Positions 1-10,234 of a stretch of DNA of 64,000 bases are shown one piece after another. Every line of letters begins with the position of its first letter. Positions within the stretch are counted from its first letter, which is position 1. A program made the translations under genes and the position numbers. This DNA comes from Anaerohalosphaeraceae bacterium (GTDB lineage Bacteria > Planctomycetota > Phycisphaerae > Sedimentisphaerales > Anaerohalosphaeraceae). The stretch is from contig CAXXSL010000013.1 in assembly GCA_963675525.2 (NCBI GenBank), positions 288,001 through 352,000 of the forward strand, in the 5' to 3' direction. The notes under the pieces were generated by a model. That model was not told where the DNA came from. It was given only the letters and a program-made list of their open reading frames with translations, and ran no database searches.

Positions 1-2583
1 TTCCACGCCGTTGGGGTCGATCAGTTCAACCGAACCGGCGCGTTCTGTGCCGTCTTGGCCCTCATTGATATATATACCCTCCGAACCAAAGAGGCTATCA
101 ATAGGGGCAACAATCGAGATACTTGGGACAGCTTTTAAATCATCTTTAATGGTGGATGCATAAAGTGCACCGAACATGCCGGACGGATCGGTGATATCCC
201 GATCCATTTGATAATCACCGGTTACAGCACCTGAATTGGTCCCGCCCGGCCAGGTGGTCGGATAGCCTGAGGGAATTATCTGTGCACCTGTTAATGGATT
301 CGTGGCCTGTGTCAGGACATCATCGAGGAAGATATAGGTTTGGGTGTCGATATCTGAACCCAGATAGCCGGTCTTAAAAGCGGCGGCTCTCAGGCAGGTT
401 GTCGTATTGATTGAAACAGGCCCTGTATAGACGCTGCCGGTTGTCGCGGTGGGGTCTGAGCCATCGGTCGTATAGCGGATGACCGCGTCGGGTGTATCGC
501 AGGTGATGGTGACGGTGAACGGGCTTTCATAAAAGCCGCGATCCATGCTGAATTTTGTGTCGTCCACCAGGCCGTCATAGATGACGGAATTGGTACTGCC
601 GCGTGTGGGGCTTATCAGATAGCCCACGGCGTCAGGATTGTCTGACGCAAAACCGTAGGAGACCAATCCCCGTTGTTTGGGATAGTCGTTGTATGCGTGT
701 TCAACAGACTGTCCATCAGGACGGATCAGGGCCAGATATTCGCCGCCGATAGATAGATCGAAGGTTGTGTGCAGATTGCCATAGTCATCGACAAACGGAT
801 AGCCGTATTTCCCAACATCTTTATTAGAAGCATAGACAACAAAATGCCCCTGTGCAGGGATAGAATAACCCGCGGGGAACCGCCACTTGGTCAGAGTGTC
901 CGGATCATCCGTTAGGTACCAGCCTTCGAGGCTGACAACCTCGTCGGTCATATTCTTCAGCTCGATCCAGTCATCATACGCAGGCTCTCCTTCTACCGAA
1001 GTATATAAATTTACCGTCGGCACAGGACGTAAATCGAGCACATTGGAATTGACGGCCATAAATTCGCCGATAGCCAGAGTTTGTGCCGTTTCAGAATAGG
1101 TTCCCAAAATCTGTATTGTTTGCTGACGTACGATTGTAACCGATCGTGTTCCGGGAGACGCCCAGCCGGCAACGACTGAAAATTCGACGTCATGCAAACC
1201 TTCCGTTAAATCCGTTACGATTGCACTGGACGATCTCCATACTCCGCCATCGACGCGCCACTGCGCACCGGCAGTAACCACTTCGGCCGGCAAAAGTAAT
1301 ACCCGCAGCGAACCGGTCCAATTGTCGAGCCAGCTTTGCGCCAGCAGGCCGAGATCCGGCATTTTAACCCATGTGTCGCCATCCAGGTCCGCGATACTCG
1401 TCCCTGTGTTGTCCAGCCAGTTCAGAGCCACCAATCCCAAATCGGATAATGTGACAATACAATCCCCATCCACATCGCCAACAGGACAGATCGCATCAGC
1501 GACTGTTATTATCACGGTATCCGGAGTTGCATTCAGTAAGCCGTCTGTGGCGTCAAGCTGTAATTCATATTCTCCGGCAGCCGGAAAACGCACGGTTATC
1601 TGGGGTTGATGAATATCCGTCATGAATTGCACAGTCCCCGGACCGGAAACCTGTGACCATGTACTCTCTAAAAATCCATTGGCATCACCCTGTCCATCGT
1701 CCGAAACAGAACCGGTCAATGTCAGGTATTCCTGGGGAAGATGAATCGTCTGGTCCTGACCGGCGTCAACAATTGGTTTATTATTACCGCTTATTTCTTC
1801 AAGCATAAAACCGCCGAATGGATAAGCGCGGTAATTGGAACCGGTTGCTTCGGCACGCACTATGAATGACCCGGTTCCGCCGCCGGCGTCTGCGACCCGA
1901 ATATCATCCCAGCGAACGACATAACCGGTAGTATCTCTGTGGTTACCCCCGGCCATAAGAATTGAGTAGTCGCCGTTTTTCTCGTAAATTTCATCAGAAC
2001 TGTTATTGACAGCGCTGAGATGATCTGAAATCGTAAAAAGTGTTAAACGGTCGGTATAATCATTCCCCCGAATCGCGGTTGTCACAAAGGTGTACTTATC
2101 TGATGGATTCAGACCCGTAAATTCGATCTCCACCCACCAGCCCGTGTTGCCGTAATAAATCAAATAATTCGAGAAATCTACGATACCGCCAAATATCTCA
2201 TATGCCGGTGTTCCGGGACGAGGTTGGGCTTCGCCGTCTGCACTGCCGGAAGAGGTACTGTAAGCGGGTATGGCTGAAGCGTTCCAAGTAAATGTGGCTG
2301 TGACGTCAGTTGGCAGACCGGTTGAGTAATCAATCAGTGAGCCGGTCGTGTTGGACGTAAAGCCGTTATAAATCGTCCAATTCGTAACATTTCCGGCAGT
2401 TGTATCCCCACCACTTCGGATGCAATCGTTGTAAGCCGTCCAATCGGCTTCTGTATAACTGCCGGTTATCAAAAAGATAAAAAACAGGACCGCTAAAGAC
2501 AGTATCTTATGGCGAAATGAATTACACATAAGAATCGACAGACTGGTAATTATCTTTGGTTGCATGCACCACACCTTTTCCAT
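1..2583 (-). CDS. Large secreted multidomain protein, partial (PKD-like, dockerin-like, lamin-tail and chitobiase/FN3-associated domains; probably CotH-kinase family, continuing past the left edge)
   Basis: Missing from the ORF track because it has no stop in the window. Manual translation from ATG 2583 (or 2565) gives a signal peptide, VDAGQDQTI...TWSQVSGPG (PKD), GDVDGDCIV (dockerin-like), IGEFMAVN...DWIELKN...GWYLTDD (lamin tail), FSMDRGFY...IRYTTDGSDP (CHB_HEX_C-like), and ends ERAGSVELIDPNGVE at base 1. The kinase domain itself is not visible. Confidence 0.8.
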   Translation of the reverse strand, partial: MEKVWCMQPKIITSLSILMCNSFRHKILSLAVLFFIFLITGSYTEADWTAYNDCIRSGGDTTAGNVTNWTIYNGFTSNTTGSLIDYSTGLPTDVTATFTWNASAIPAYSTSSGSADGEAQPRPGTPAYEIFGGIVDFSNYLIYYGNTGWWVEIEFTGLNPSDKYTFVTTAIRGNDYTDRLTLFTISDHLSAVNNSSDEIYEKNGDYSILMAGGNHRDTTGYVVRWDDIRVADAGGGTGSFIVRAEATGSNYRAYPFGGFMLEEISGNNKPIVDAGQDQTIHLPQEYLTLTGSVSDDGQGDANGFLESTWSQVSGPGTVQFMTDIHQPQITVRFPAAGEYELQLDATDGLLNATPDTVIITVADAICPVGDVDGDCIVTLSDLGLVALNWLDNTGTSIADLDGDTWVKMPDLGLLAQSWLDNWTGSLRVLLLPAEVVTAGAQWRVDGGVWRSSSAIVTDLTEGLHDVEFSVVAGWASPGTRSVTIVRQQTIQILGTYSETAQTLAIGEFMAVNSNVLDLRPVPTVNLYTSVEGEPAYDDWIELKNMTDEVVSLEGWYLTDDPDTLTKWRFPAGYSIPAQGHFVVYASNKDVGKYGYPFVDDYGNLHTTFDLSIGGEYLALIRPDGQSVEHAYNDYPKQRGLVSYGFASDNPDAVGYLISPTRGSTNSVIYDGLVDDTKFSMDRGFYESPFTVTITCDTPDAVIRYTTDGSDPTATTGSVYTGPVSINTTTCLRAAAFKTGYLGSDIDTQTYIFLDDVLTQATNPLTGAQIIPSGYPTTWPGGTNSGAVTGDYQMDRDITDPSGMFGALYASTIKDDLKAVPSISIVAPIDSLFGSEGIYINEGQDGTERAGSVELIDPNGVE

Positions 2584-2957
2584 TTCGAAATCAGCCTCAA
2601 GAGTAATGATAGTTTGCCTTAAAAAAGGATGGTTACCAAGCTTCACCCCAGAAACTATGAAGTCTAAAAAGACCCTCTAATCCCCCTTATTTCCAACCTT
2701 CAAATCGCAATATTTATTATATGATCATAGTGTTATGTTCAAAAACGTAAAAATTACAACATACAAAATGTCGAAAATTAGAACCGTTAGTTCAGGATGT
2801 CTAATGTTCCATTTCAATCGAAGTATAAACTGTTTCTTACGCCTTTATTTTCACAATTATCGCGCTTCAATTGTGACAGCTGATTCCATTCAAAAACAAT
2901 ATTTGTGTCGAGTTCCGGATTGCTGCTATGACCACCACTTGAATCAGGTCTATTTTT

Positions 2958-4640
2958 TTAATTCATCGTTTTGCTTTTCACGATTCGCCCGGCATTCGAT
3001 GATCTGGAACTAACAGGAGACTCAACCGCCCCGCCGTCACTGACCTGGGTCTGGGGAAGTATCGATTGTTCCCACATCCCGTCGGGCTTGACTTTCATGA
3101 CTCCGGTATCACGAAAAAATTCCAGACTGGCAACGGTATAATCCAGCATCGCACTTGTCGCAGCATCCTGAGCCTTCAATAGATCTTCACGAGCATCCAG
3201 AACATCGCGTGTATTGGCACGGTCATATCGTAAAAGCAGTTGTGTGTTTTTTGTCCTTTCCTGTGCGAGTTGATATGCGTTTTGTTCGTTTTTGTAACGC
3301 CGATAGGCTTCCTGCATCGCCCGATATGATCTTCTGACTTCCAGCACCACCCGGTCGGCCACTTCCTGATGATCCCGCTGCTGCTGCATTAAATCGATCA
3401 AGGCTCGGCGATAGGCATTTTTTTCCGTCAGGCGATCAATGGGCAGGTCCAACTGAAGGCTCAGTTCGTAACGTTCATTTGTCGTTCGAGAATCCAGCGT
3501 CTGCGTGTCCGCGATCCCGATCAGGTTTAATTCCGCACGGATAGCATCGGCCGCAACGTCAACCTTTCGCTCGGCATCAATCGCCATATCCGCGGCATTG
3601 GCCAGATCCAAACGCTGATCCAGTGCGATCTTGACCGCCTCTTCTTCCGAAACGCGAATCGGATTCCAGACAGACTCTTTCAACGCATCAAATTCACCCA
3701 TGTCCAATTGAAAATCTTCAGAGGGATGCAATGCCAATTGCATTTTAAACTCATCGAGAGCTGCCTTATAATCTCTTTGTAACTGGATATATTCCGAGAA
3801 AGCTTTTAATTTGTCCTGATCCGCCTGTTCGAGCTCGTGCTGTGCCACTCTTCCGGCCGCGGCTCGTTTCCGAAGGTTTTCGTAGATATCAACAAGCGAG
3901 TAGAAATAATTACGGGCGTTGTTCTGCCTGTCGTTTAACTGCAAAACAAGATAATATTCGGACATAACAGAGGTGACGAATTCTTTGCGATAGCGATTGA
4001 ATGTACGAATCTGATAAAGTGTGTTACGTTCGGCCTGCGTGAGATTTTCAAGTGCGACTTTTCGGCCGGCGCCCCGCAACAGCGGTTGTGTGATCACGGC
4101 TGAGGCAACCGTCGAAAAACCGCTCCGATAATCCCCGGAAAGGATATCGATCCACCCCAGACTGATATTGCTTCCAACCTGTGCACCGGTCGCCAGCAAT
4201 TGTTCAAATCCTAAATTGGCGTTTTCCCACGTACCTTTTTTGTCGTTGTCTTTGAAGTATCCTCCATCGGCACCTGCAAACGGCATGGGTTCATAGAAAT
4301 GCCGGACATCCGTAAAATCCAGAGCCGTCAAATACAGGGTTTCTTTTTCTGTGTGATATTGCCTGTTATGACCCGTCGCGTATGAAACGGCCTGCGGCAT
4401 GGTTAAAACCCCAAATTCAGAAAGACAAACGTTCTGTATCTGCAAAGAATTGGAGTCTTCAGAAGCATCTGAAATGCGATAGTTTGCCTTTGCCGCCAAT
4501 TGATCATCCCATTGTCGGTCAATGATCTCATACACCTTCGCATCTGTCTGGCGCGCAGTTCGCGACAGGTCAACATCGCAGCCCGTCGATAAAAGACCAA
4601 TTATTCCTAAAAGCAAAAGCCGATAAGAAATTCGAAACAT
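2958..4640 (-). CDS. TolC-family outer membrane efflux lipoprotein
   Basis: Lipobox LLSTGC, ITQPLLRGAG motif, long helical repeats, C-terminal DVLDAREDLL. Confidence 0.85.
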   Translation of the reverse strand: MFRISYRLLLLGIIGLLSTGCDVDLSRTARQTDAKVYEIIDRQWDDQLAAKANYRISDASEDSNSLQIQNVCLSEFGVLTMPQAVSYATGHNRQYHTEKETLYLTALDFTDVRHFYEPMPFAGADGGYFKDNDKKGTWENANLGFEQLLATGAQVGSNISLGWIDILSGDYRSGFSTVASAVITQPLLRGAGRKVALENLTQAERNTLYQIRTFNRYRKEFVTSVMSEYYLVLQLNDRQNNARNYFYSLVDIYENLRKRAAAGRVAQHELEQADQDKLKAFSEYIQLQRDYKAALDEFKMQLALHPSEDFQLDMGEFDALKESVWNPIRVSEEEAVKIALDQRLDLANAADMAIDAERKVDVAADAIRAELNLIGIADTQTLDSRTTNERYELSLQLDLPIDRLTEKNAYRRALIDLMQQQRDHQEVADRVVLEVRRSYRAMQEAYRRYKNEQNAYQLAQERTKNTQLLLRYDRANTRDVLDAREDLLKAQDAATSAMLDYTVASLEFFRDTGVMKVKPDGMWEQSILPQTQVSDGGAVESPVSSRSSNAGRIVKSKTMN

Positions 4641-4657
4641 TCATTTCCCCCGTGGTA

Positions 4658-5815
4658 TTATTGCACCACTGTGCTGATGCCGATGATTTCATTGTGGATA
4701 CAGGCAAAACCAGGCTGTATCGGTATTTGCACGGCACGCCCCCACTCCGGCACGGCCGGGTCCTTCCACAGCCGTTCGGGAATTATTTCCATGGAAGCGC
4801 TGACGTGAGAGACCTGTGACACAAACATGTGATAAGGCGGATTAAGCGAGGCGATTTTGACTTTCATATTCAGCTCGATCGAAGCCATATCTCTTTGGGA
4901 CACCCAGGTCATAATAATCTCGGGTGTCGGCTTGACGATCGTCATGATCGCGTCACCGCGTACAACGGTTTGACCGGGTTTATAAGTTAACGTATTAACG
5001 ATCCCGTCAAACGGAGCGGTCAGAACAATAACGTCCCGCTGCTCGATCAGTTCCGCTATTTTTTTCTCCTGTACCAGAATTGCCTTTCGGATAGGAGCCA
5101 ATTCTTTATCCGCCAGTTGCGGCCGCATCGGTACTTTCTGACCGAACTCATCTTTGCGAAGCAGTGCGGCTTCATAGTCATTTTGGGCCTGTGCCAGCAT
5201 TTGCTCGGTCTGAACAACTGTTTCTTTCAAGATATTATATTGTGCCTGTACTTTTTGAAGTTCGTATTCTTCCGCGGCATTTTGTTTTAAAAGGCTATTG
5301 ACGATCTCTATTTCGACTTCCAGATCCCTGAGGGCCAGACGATCCGGTTCCAGTGATGACTTGATCTCAAGAACAGCCAACCGGGTTCTTTCAACGTCCA
5401 CCGATAACCGGCGTTCCGTTGTGGCCATATCATTGGAAAATTCAAATCCTTCAATCACCAGCCGGTTTTCAGCGGCTTCCAGATCCGCCTTCAGCATTTC
5501 CAGTTCAGCTTCTGCCGTGTCTCGCTGAGCCTGAAGCAAGGTGTCGATATACTCCCCTCTGGCAACGGTGTTTTCCTTAATGATCGCCAGCGTATCGCCT
5601 TTTTTAACTTCCTGATAAAGCGTAACGGGGATCGACCGGATATAACCCGTTTCGACACTGTTGATGGACTGTTCGTGACTGAAGGCAATGCCCCTGAGTT
5701 CTGTGCGCATGGATTGATGCTGAAACAGCAGCACCACTGCCGCCAGCGAGAAAAACCATACAAACACCGGTAATGTTCGAGTCAACAATCGTCCTTGTTT
5801 AAGCTGAAGCCTCAT
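4658..5815 (-). CDS. HlyD-family periplasmic adaptor (membrane fusion protein)
   Basis: N-terminal TM helix; lipoyl halves GYIRSIPVTLYQEVKKGDTL and LTAPFDGIV...PGQTVVRGD around a long coiled coil. Confidence 0.85.
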   Translation of the reverse strand: MRLQLKQGRLLTRTLPVFVWFFSLAAVVLLFQHQSMRTELRGIAFSHEQSINSVETGYIRSIPVTLYQEVKKGDTLAIIKENTVARGEYIDTLLQAQRDTAEAELEMLKADLEAAENRLVIEGFEFSNDMATTERRLSVDVERTRLAVLEIKSSLEPDRLALRDLEVEIEIVNSLLKQNAAEEYELQKVQAQYNILKETVVQTEQMLAQAQNDYEAALLRKDEFGQKVPMRPQLADKELAPIRKAILVQEKKIAELIEQRDVIVLTAPFDGIVNTLTYKPGQTVVRGDAIMTIVKPTPEIIMTWVSQRDMASIELNMKVKIASLNPPYHMFVSQVSHVSASMEIIPERLWKDPAVPEWGRAVQIPIQPGFACIHNEIIGISTVVQ

Positions 5816-5841
5816 CTATGATAATCCTCGATCAAATGTTA

Positions 5842-6540
5842 TTAAATCTGAAGCAATTGCTCCTGTACGGTCAGGCTGATATTATTAACACCTTCAATTT
5901 TTTGCAGCTCACTCATCATGGCTTCATTTTTAGCTACATTTTTAATCATAATCTGGTAAGCGTATTCGACGCTTTGACTTCCAAAATCTCCACCGTCCGA
6001 AGAAATCATCGTATGGTTGCCGCAAAACTTGTTCAGAATGATTATCACAGGATGGGTGGGGGCAATATAGCCGTTAAGCGTAAAACGAAGGAATGCGTTG
6101 TGCGGTCGATGTGAACCGAAGTCGGACATGTACAAATAGAGGATGATCATGCCAATGACCAATGTCCCGATAATCGCAATGGCATACCGTTGTGAGCCGG
6201 CGGCCATGCCGATGACGAGAGCGCAAAAGATAAACGCAATATCCCGCGTGTCTTTAATCATGTTTCGAAAACGAATGATCGAAAGAGCCCCCATCAATCC
6301 CACCGCAACAACAAAACTGCCGGCAATCGTTGACATCACCATCGCAACAATCACCGTAATGAGAATCAATGACTGAACAAATGACCGTGAATAGGAAAGC
6401 CCGTTGTGGGTAAAATAATAAAGCCATGCCAAAAGCTGCCCCAGCACAAACGCCAGCAGCAGAGACAAAAGGAGGGCCTGGACCGAAAATTCCGGTCCGG
6501 TCACAGAGGCATTTTGAATGGATCGCCATATCGATTCCAT
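5842..6540 (-). CDS. DUF4956-family membrane protein
   Basis: GLMGALSIIRFR...KDTRDIAFIF...GMAAG signature, several TM helices and a soluble C-terminal domain. Confidence 0.88.
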   Translation of the reverse strand: MESIWRSIQNASVTGPEFSVQALLLSLLLAFVLGQLLAWLYYFTHNGLSYSRSFVQSLILITVIVAMVMSTIAGSFVVAVGLMGALSIIRFRNMIKDTRDIAFIFCALVIGMAAGSQRYAIAIIGTLVIGMIILYLYMSDFGSHRPHNAFLRFTLNGYIAPTHPVIIILNKFCGNHTMISSDGGDFGSQSVEYAYQIMIKNVAKNEAMMSELQKIEGVNNISLTVQEQLLQI

Positions 6541-6543
6541 GAA

Positions 6544-7443
6544 TTATACTCCTATCAAACAAGTCGGGGCACAAAAGCCCATTGAACAGGATTGTTGTAC
6601 ACTCGAAACATATTTAGACATTGCGGTTTGCTTCAGATCAAAACATTTCACCATGTCGCTGAGCCAAATCGGATAATGATTTGTGAATTTAATCTCAAGA
6701 ATAACAAAATCCATGGGAATTCGTCGCCATCCCACGCCATTCATGGTTAACACCGGCCGGTCAACTGCTTTAAAGCTCATCTCTCGATCAAACGTGACCC
6801 GAACACGATTGTTGGAATCCCCTTCATAAGCTTGCCGCATATATCGAACTAAAACAAGCGGGCGGGCACAAAGAGCCCGAAGATAAAACTGAAACTGCCT
6901 GAGAATCTTCTTGTCTTTCTCATACAGCGAATCCGGAACACACAAATCCTGTATCACGCTTTTCAGCATTTCCTTCGGCAGTCGGGAACGGTCCTTCATA
7001 ATAACACTATTCAGACGTCTCTTGATTTCCACAAAACAAGGGGTTTGAGGTTCGTCGTCGTAGCAGCGAACCCGCAGTTTAAAACGATTGACTTTTCCTT
7101 CAATGGTTTCTTTGCATAATTGTAATTCTTGTGAGTCAAAATATAAACTGGAAATAGGATACTCCAGATTCGGGCGTTTCCGGGAATACTGATCAACGGG
7201 GATATACGACTGGACATATTGAGCGATCGCCCTGGCCTTGCTTTCCCGAATGCGGTATTTCAATTCATAGCGGCACGAAAGCGTCGTGTCTTTATTTTTT
7301 TCAGGACCGAAATGCCGAGAATTCGTTTTATGGACAGGTGTTGGTAATGGCGGCGACGGGAAATGAGATTTGCGCGGGCGCAATGGCTCAATTGTGCCCG
7401 AATGATCTGTAATGATTTGCTTCTTACTTGCCATACAATCCAC
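6544..7443 (-). CDS. VTC / polyphosphate-polymerase domain protein (CYTH/TTM superfamily)
   Basis: RYELKY, SSLYFDS, RFKLRVRCY, VEIKRR, RVTFD, ILEIKF and SKY motifs. The start may be ATG 7434. Confidence 0.88.
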   Translation of the reverse strand: MDCMASKKQIITDHSGTIEPLRPRKSHFPSPPLPTPVHKTNSRHFGPEKNKDTTLSCRYELKYRIRESKARAIAQYVQSYIPVDQYSRKRPNLEYPISSLYFDSQELQLCKETIEGKVNRFKLRVRCYDDEPQTPCFVEIKRRLNSVIMKDRSRLPKEMLKSVIQDLCVPDSLYEKDKKILRQFQFYLRALCARPLVLVRYMRQAYEGDSNNRVRVTFDREMSFKAVDRPVLTMNGVGWRRIPMDFVILEIKFTNHYPIWLSDMVKCFDLKQTAMSKYVSSVQQSCSMGFCAPTCLIGV

Positions 7444-8004
7444 CTACCAGACACGCAAAACCATATATAGACTGACACACTCTCAATCTCTTTTCATTGT
7501 GGGAAAACTTGTCATACACACCCCACCATGCCGTCGATTGCACAAACTAACAATCTATTAATCAATCTCTAACAAAGGACTAACAATTATTGTATCAAAA
7601 AAACAAGATGAAATCAATACTAAAAAAGCTCTGAAAAGCGGATAACTGTCAAAAATACGCGATAATGACCGAATCCCGGCCAGATTCAAGATAAAACGGT
7701 TTTAGGGGTTTATACGGAGGGTTGGCTTCTTGATTTAGACAAAAGAAGACTTATTGTGTCATTTTATTGACATTTGGAACATGAAGTTTTTTTGGTCTCT
7801 TCGAATCATTCGGATATCAAATCTCGCTTGATATCAGTGTAAATAAACCAAAATAAGGGTCTAAAACATAGATATTAGGTATGAAGCCTTTTATTCTGTC
7901 TGATTTCTGGTATAATCCAGCAAAAAGACCTTTAGAATTCAAAAGAACTGACCCATTAATCCTGTATTAAGCAAATCAAGTGATTGGTAAAGGGAGTTTG
8001 CATA

Positions 8005-10200
8005 ATGTCGAAACTCGTCATCGTATCCAATCGACTGCCCGTCACCGTGACCCAGTTGGACGAACAGAACGTTTCGGTTCAACCAAGCGTCGGCGGAGTC
8101 GCCACGGGGATCGCCTCACTGGATCGGCCTGAAAAAAACCTTTGGTTCGGATGGCCGGGCATATCAAATGACAAAATGAATCCGCAAATCAGAAGCGAGA
8201 TTCATACCAAACTTAAAGAAATCGACTGCAGTCCGGTTTTTCTCGATGCGCAGGATATCCGGGATTTCTACTATGGATTCAGCAATCGTACCATCTGGCC
8301 GCTCTTTCATTATTTTTCACATTATGCGGTTTTCAATCAGCAATTCTGGAATCGTTATGTCAAGGTCAACAAAGCGTTCTGTAAAGCGATCCTGAAAAAC
8401 GTTCGTTCAAACGATAAGATATGGATCCATGATTACCAACTCATGCTGCTGCCGAAGATGCTGCGTGAGCATTTACCGAAAGCCCAGATCGGATTCTTTC
8501 TGCATATTCCGTTCCCGTCTTTCGAACTGCTTCGCCTGCTGCCCTGGCGAAAGGAACTGCTGGACGGAATGCTGGGCGCCGATCTGGTGGGACTTCATGA
8601 GTACGACTACGTGCGGCATTTTCTGAGCAGTGTTTACCGTATCCGGGGGCTTGAAAGTCATTATAACCAGATATCGATCGGCGAACGACAGGTTCGGGTC
8701 GATGCTTTCCCGATGGGCATCGATTATGAAAAATTCTGCAATAGTCACAATAATCCGGCCGTGATAGAAGAAATGACTAAAATGCGGCACCAAGTCACCG
8801 ATGACCGAAAAGTCATCTTTTCCGTGGACCGGCTCGACTACACCAAAGGCATTCTTAGTCGCCTTGAAGCCTTCGAAATCTTTCTGGAACGCTATCCCCG
8901 ATACCATGGCAAGGTCACACTGATCGTCGTTGCCGTGCCCTCCCGTACGAAAGTCAGCCAATATAATCAACTGAAGGAACAGATCGAAAAGCTGATCGGC
9001 CGCATCAACGGCCAATACAGTACTATCAACTGGACCCCTGTTTCGTATCTCTATCGAAGCCTGAATTTTGAACAGCTCACCGCCCTGTACAATATCGCTG
9101 ACGCAGCGCTCATCACACCCCTTCGCGACGGCATGAACCTGATCGCTAAAGAGTTTGTCGCATGTCAGCAAAACAAAACGCATCAGGGCATCCTGATCCT
9201 GAGCGAAATGGCCGGCGCCGCCAGTGAACTGGCCGAGGGAATCATCGTCAACCCGTACGACATCGAAAATATCGTCCAGGGCCTGCTTCAGGCCGTCGAA
9301 ATGCCCCACGAGGATATACAGCGGCGCAATCAGGTCATGCAGGAACGCCTCAGCCGTTACACCGTCGGGCGGTGGGCCGGCGACTTTCTCGATATGCTGA
9401 ATGAGACACATAAGAATCAGGAAGAGCTCAGTACCCGGAAGCTTTCCAAAAAAATCGAACAGACCATTTATTCTAAATACAAACACGCAAAAAAGCGTTT
9501 GATCTTGCTGGATTATGACGGAACGCTGGTTCATTTTTATCCACAGCCCGAGCAGGCCAAGCCTGATCCGGAGTTGATGAACATCTTGACCGGCCTTTCA
9601 GAAAATCCAAATAACGAAGTCGTCATTATCAGCGGACGCGACCGTAAAACATTGACAAAATGGCTGGGCAATGTAAACGTTCACTTAATTGCCGAACACG
9701 GAGCCTATGTACGCCAAAAAGGCGGCCGATGGAAAAGCCCCCACCCGATGGATGATGAGTGGAAAAAGACCATTCATCCGATCATGGACCTTTATGTGGA
9801 TCGAACGCCGCGTTCTTTTGTTGAGGAAAAAAATTATTCGCTGGTCTGGCACTGCAGAAAAAGTGAACCCGGCCTGGCTCATCTTCGGACACAGGAACTT
9901 AAAAACGCCCTTGTGATGCTGACGACCAATCTGAACATCGGCATTTTTGAAGGGCACAAGATAGTGGAAGTAAAGCATTTATCAGCCAACAAAGGGACTG
10001 CCACGAGCAACTGGCTGAATCAGACCAATTGGGATTTTGTTTTGATTGCCGGAGATGATTATACCGACGAAGATATGTTCGGTGCCGTCGATGAGAAGGC
10101 ATTCACGATTCATATCGGACCCGGCCCGTCAAAGGCTCTGTATTACACGGGAAATGTTGTATCATTCAGAGAATTTCTGGATGAATTACGAAAAAACTGA
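8005..10200 (+). CDS. otsAB: Bifunctional trehalose-6-phosphate synthase/phosphatase (GT20 + HAD)
   Basis: VSNRLP, WIHDYQLMLLP, FFLHIPFP, DRLDYTKG, DGMNLIAKE, then HAD motifs LDYDGTL and GDDYTDEDMF. Confidence 0.95.
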   Translation: MSKLVIVSNRLPVTVTQLDEQNVSVQPSVGGVATGIASLDRPEKNLWFGWPGISNDKMNPQIRSEIHTKLKEIDCSPVFLDAQDIRDFYYGFSNRTIWPLFHYFSHYAVFNQQFWNRYVKVNKAFCKAILKNVRSNDKIWIHDYQLMLLPKMLREHLPKAQIGFFLHIPFPSFELLRLLPWRKELLDGMLGADLVGLHEYDYVRHFLSSVYRIRGLESHYNQISIGERQVRVDAFPMGIDYEKFCNSHNNPAVIEEMTKMRHQVTDDRKVIFSVDRLDYTKGILSRLEAFEIFLERYPRYHGKVTLIVVAVPSRTKVSQYNQLKEQIEKLIGRINGQYSTINWTPVSYLYRSLNFEQLTALYNIADAALITPLRDGMNLIAKEFVACQQNKTHQGILILSEMAGAASELAEGIIVNPYDIENIVQGLLQAVEMPHEDIQRRNQVMQERLSRYTVGRWAGDFLDMLNETHKNQEELSTRKLSKKIEQTIYSKYKHAKKRLILLDYDGTLVHFYPQPEQAKPDPELMNILTGLSENPNNEVVIISGRDRKTLTKWLGNVNVHLIAEHGAYVRQKGGRWKSPHPMDDEWKKTIHPIMDLYVDRTPRSFVEEKNYSLVWHCRKSEPGLAHLRTQELKNALVMLTTNLNIGIFEGHKIVEVKHLSANKGTATSNWLNQTNWDFVLIAGDDYTDEDMFGAVDEKAFTIHIGPGPSKALYYTGNVVSFREFLDELRKN

Positions 10201-10234
10201 CCACCGATCATAAATAACATTGGCGGGTATGACG

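Noticed and set aside
2735..3013. 92-aa ORF in the AT-rich gap after TolC
   Set aside because: Opposite strand to the operon, overlaps the TolC end and has no motif; more likely regulatory DNA.
8473..9534. Long antisense ORFs (also 11087-11884, 41835-42749, 43842-45023) and the alternative-frame ORF 24356-25096
   Set aside because: They lie wholly within well-supported genes and have no recognisable motifs.
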